Below the pieces are notes generated by a model. That model was not told the DNA's origin and ran no database searches. It saw nothing but the letters and a program-made list of their open reading frames with translations. From positions 4,544,399 through 4,608,398 of the forward strand of contig MU053934.1 of the NCBI GenBank assembly GCA_013239625.1: DNA of 64,000 bases, given 5' to 3'. Both the position numbers and the translations under genes were made by a program. Numbering within the stretch: the stretch's first letter is position 1; each line of letters opens with the position of its first letter. This document shows positions 60,914 to 64,000 of this stretch, in pieces. The stretch comes from Lama guanicoe. Taxonomy: Eukaryota.

Positions 60914-63439
60914 GAATCAAGAAAAATTTCAAGGGCTTTCATTTGCTAAGGGCCATGAAGATGGAGATAGAACAGGCTAGGGAGCTGAAAGTACAATCCT
61001 CTAATCACATGGTTGGTCCCTCTGCAATCAGCCCCTACCCTGAAGTTATCCAGGGGCTCCTAGCCACCAGTCATCTCTTATCATGAACTCCAGTATGGCG
61101 GGAAGGTGCTTGTTATGAATAAGAAAAGGTGCTCCTATCATCCTATCAAGAAATTTCAAAACCCTTTAGAAGCTCTACTCTAGGAACTGGGATGAAGATG
61201 AAATATATATTTCTTATTATATCACAACAGAGTCAGAAGACCTGAGCTCAAATCCTGCCATTTCGTTGTTGGAAGACTTGCTGAACTGGAGTTTCCTGCT
61301 TTGTAAATCAGGATGATTAGAACACCTATCTCACCAGGTTGGAGTGAGAAGTAAAATTACGTATATGATGAAAAAGCATCCAATAAGCACCTGGCTTACA
61401 TTAGGTGCTCAATATGTGTTTATTCGCTTAAAAAAATTAAACTGTAATCTGAATGTAATAAACATCCATGCCTACCACAGTTGTCAGGCTTTCCCACAGT
61501 ATCTCATTTAATCCTCAGTCATTCTGCCAGGTAGATTGCTGCCCCCATTTTACAGAACAAGATACTGAGGCTCAGGGAGGGAAGGTGGCTTGTTCAAGGT
61601 CACACAAGTGACAGGATATGGGGCAGGGATTAGAATGGAGTGGGTTGGACTCCAAATCTTAATTATTTCTGTACTCTTCCACAACAGACAAACCACTGGG
61701 ACCCCCTCCCACCCTCCTTCATGGCAGAGACCCTCACAGTCTCCTGGTATTCATCTCCCAGTCCTTTTTCAGTAACAGAAACTATTTGTAGTTGGGCACA
61801 TGGTAGCTCAGTGCAAAGCCTGCATTTCCTGACCGCCTGCCCATTCAGTGAATGTGACCATGGGGCTCGGTTACAGTCACTGAGATAAAAGGAGAAACGT
61901 CATGAGGAACCTCTGGAGTTCTCCTTAAAAAGGAAGACAGACTGCTTGCAAGTAAGTATTTGTTAATTTAAAAAAAAAAGTGGAAGTGAGTGCTATCTTC
62001 CTAACTTTCTCTTTCTTGGCTGGACTCAGACTAAATGGCTGGACCTGAAACAGCCATCTTGGGCCATGTGGAGCTGTGTTGGTAGGACAGCAAGACGGTG
62101 AATCACCATCACAGTCCTAGACTGCTTCCCTCTTCCCCTTTCTGAATATCACCTCTTCTCTATTAAGCCTTTTCTTCAACATTTAAATGGGCTCAAGTTT
62201 TTCCCAATCTAAAATAAAAATCCTCCCTCAAACCTATGTTCCCTTCTCTTCCTCTTCCCACTCAACCAACCAAGAAGAACTCTAGGTCTTCATGTCTCCA
62301 CTCCCCAGCCATTTGTCAACTCGCTGCATCTGGGTATCTGTCCTCCCATCCCATCCGAACTGTCTGGGCCAAGGGAACTGCTACACCTAGTGGACCTTCT
62401 TTAGTTACCTTCTAACTACATCTCTCTAAAGCATATCATGTTGTTGCCCATGCCCTCCTCACCTTGGATTCTGTGCCACTCTGCTCCCCCCGCCTTTCCC
62501 CCGCCCACTCTGTTGTCTTTCCCCCTCAGTCTCTGCTCTGAGCTCTAGTCCTCGCCTTCTAAGGACTGAGTTGACTTCTTTTCTTGCATGTCTCAAAAGC
62601 ATCTCAAACTCAACATGTCCAAACTGAAAATTCTTTCTTCACACCTGTTCTTGCCAAAAATCTGGGGGAATCTTTGACACATGTCTTCCCACCATCCCCC
62701 GCAACAAATCCATGGTCCAGTCCTGACAATTTCACCTCCTAAATAAAGTTCACCCACTGCCATCAGCTGACTCAAACCACTCTAGGGACTGTTGCCTAGA
62801 ACTAGTACAACAGCCCCCTAACTCGTCTTCCTGTCTCCACTCCAGTCCTCTTCTAAACACCAATTTAGTACATGGAGGTCAAAGGGCTCTTTCTACCAGC
62901 AGGACCACAATGGCTTGCTCAGAAGTCAACAACTTTCCTTTGTCCTCCAGATGCATAACTCAACACCAGCCTGGGGCTGGCAAGGTCAGAGCCTCCCCCT
63001 CCACCTCTGTTCGAGCCACAGTGGCCTTCTGTGACACGCATGCTTCTTGAACCCACGGCTCCCTTTCCTCACGCCTTATGCACTAGCTGTCCCTTCCTGC
63101 CCGACCCTGTTGCCAGTTACCTGCCACAATCCCCTGCCTGCCAAATCCATAAACTCTCTACCCAGCGTGTAGCATCACTCGAAATGACTTACGTATGTAA
63201 ATGTTGTCTTCCTCAATTAAAATGTTAGCTTTCTGAGGGCCTTTCTTGCATTCTGCTTCACCCCAAAGGGCCAGGCACAGTCACCCAATGAAATACTTTA
63301 GTGAATGAATAATTCGCCCTCCCTCGCCCCCACAGTGCTCATAAAGTACCCTAATCCAGGGCCTTAGGAGCCCCACCTGAAAGGGATCCTGGAAAAAGCT
63401 CGCAAATAAAGATGGACAAGGGGCAACCACACAAGGAAG

Positions 63440-64000
63440 CCTTCCTTCTCTTTGTCGGCTCCAAGAGAAAAGGTGGAAGGAAGAGCGCACCTGCGCATTC
63501 GCTTCGCTACGGCCGCATCCCACTTCGGCCGTGGGGTGGCGCTGGGCGCATGTTCCCCGGAGGCGCGGTCCTCCCGGCCGACTTCAGGCCGCTCTAGCCG
63601 CCCTTCTCGCCTGCTCTGCTGGGAGGCGGGCGCGCCCACGGGGGTCCCTCCAAGATGGCGGCGCAGAGGAGGAGCCTGCTGCAGAGTGTGAGGAACCGAC
63701 CCACTCTCCGGGCTGGGGGTCGGGAGCCCCGGGCAGGGGTAGGGGGTGTCGGGTTCAGGCGCAGCTCCCTTTCCGCCTTTGGGCCGCCTCCCGGTCCCCG
63801 TCCCTGGCGGGGTGTGGCTGCCGCCCTCCCCTCTCCTGGGCCGGCCCCCTTCACCCCCGACCGCGGGCGCGTTTGGTCCTGCAAGGCCCGCGCGTGCGCG
63901 CTGCCGGCTGGTCCGTCAAGGGTTTGGATTCGCAGTCCTAGCGACCGCGAGGGTCAAGGGCGCGTGGAGGGTGGGAGCGTCCTGGAGCCGGCTGGGGCGA
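63440..64000 (+). promoter_or_regulatory. TAB1: TAB1 CpG-island promoter
   Basis: CpG-dense; NRF1-like GCGCACCTGCGCA at 63485; YY1 consensus CAAGATGGCGGC at 63651-63662. Confidence 0.88.
63655..63687 (+). CDS. TAB1: TGF-beta-activated kinase 1 (MAP3K7)-binding protein 1, coding exon 1; gene continues beyond the window
   Basis: MAAQRRSLLQS is the TAB1 N-terminus; donor AGT|GTGAGG, phase 0; the SYNGR1-TAB1 order is the known mammalian synteny. Confidence 0.95.

Overview
This is GC-rich, repeat-laden mammalian DNA, most likely camelid, judged from tRNA-Ala-derived vic-1-like SINEs. It contains the complete synaptogyrin-1 gene (SYNGR1, + strand, CDS start 16021). SYNGR1 has two alternative terminal exons giving 191-aa and 234-aa isoforms, and a distal poly(A) signal at 43668. 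At the right edge are the CpG-island promoter and first coding exon of TAB1. Two non-repeat, gene-like regions are not explained by these genes. (1) An intact 278-codon ORF at 1870-2706 has a perfect Kozak start, coding-type codon use, hydrophobic N- and C-terminal segments, and an AATAAA overlapping its stop. (2) An apparent decayed multi-exon gene lies between SYNGR1 and TAB1 (about 48.6-60.3 kb), downstream of an orphan CCAAT/ETS promoter at 44.7-45.0 kb. I cannot name either, and both need homology searches. There is also a disabled counterpart of the human SYNGR1 1c first exon, plus nested LINE/SINE/LTR/hAT insertions. Repeat subfamily names are from recall of consensus sequences and repeat boundaries are approximate.
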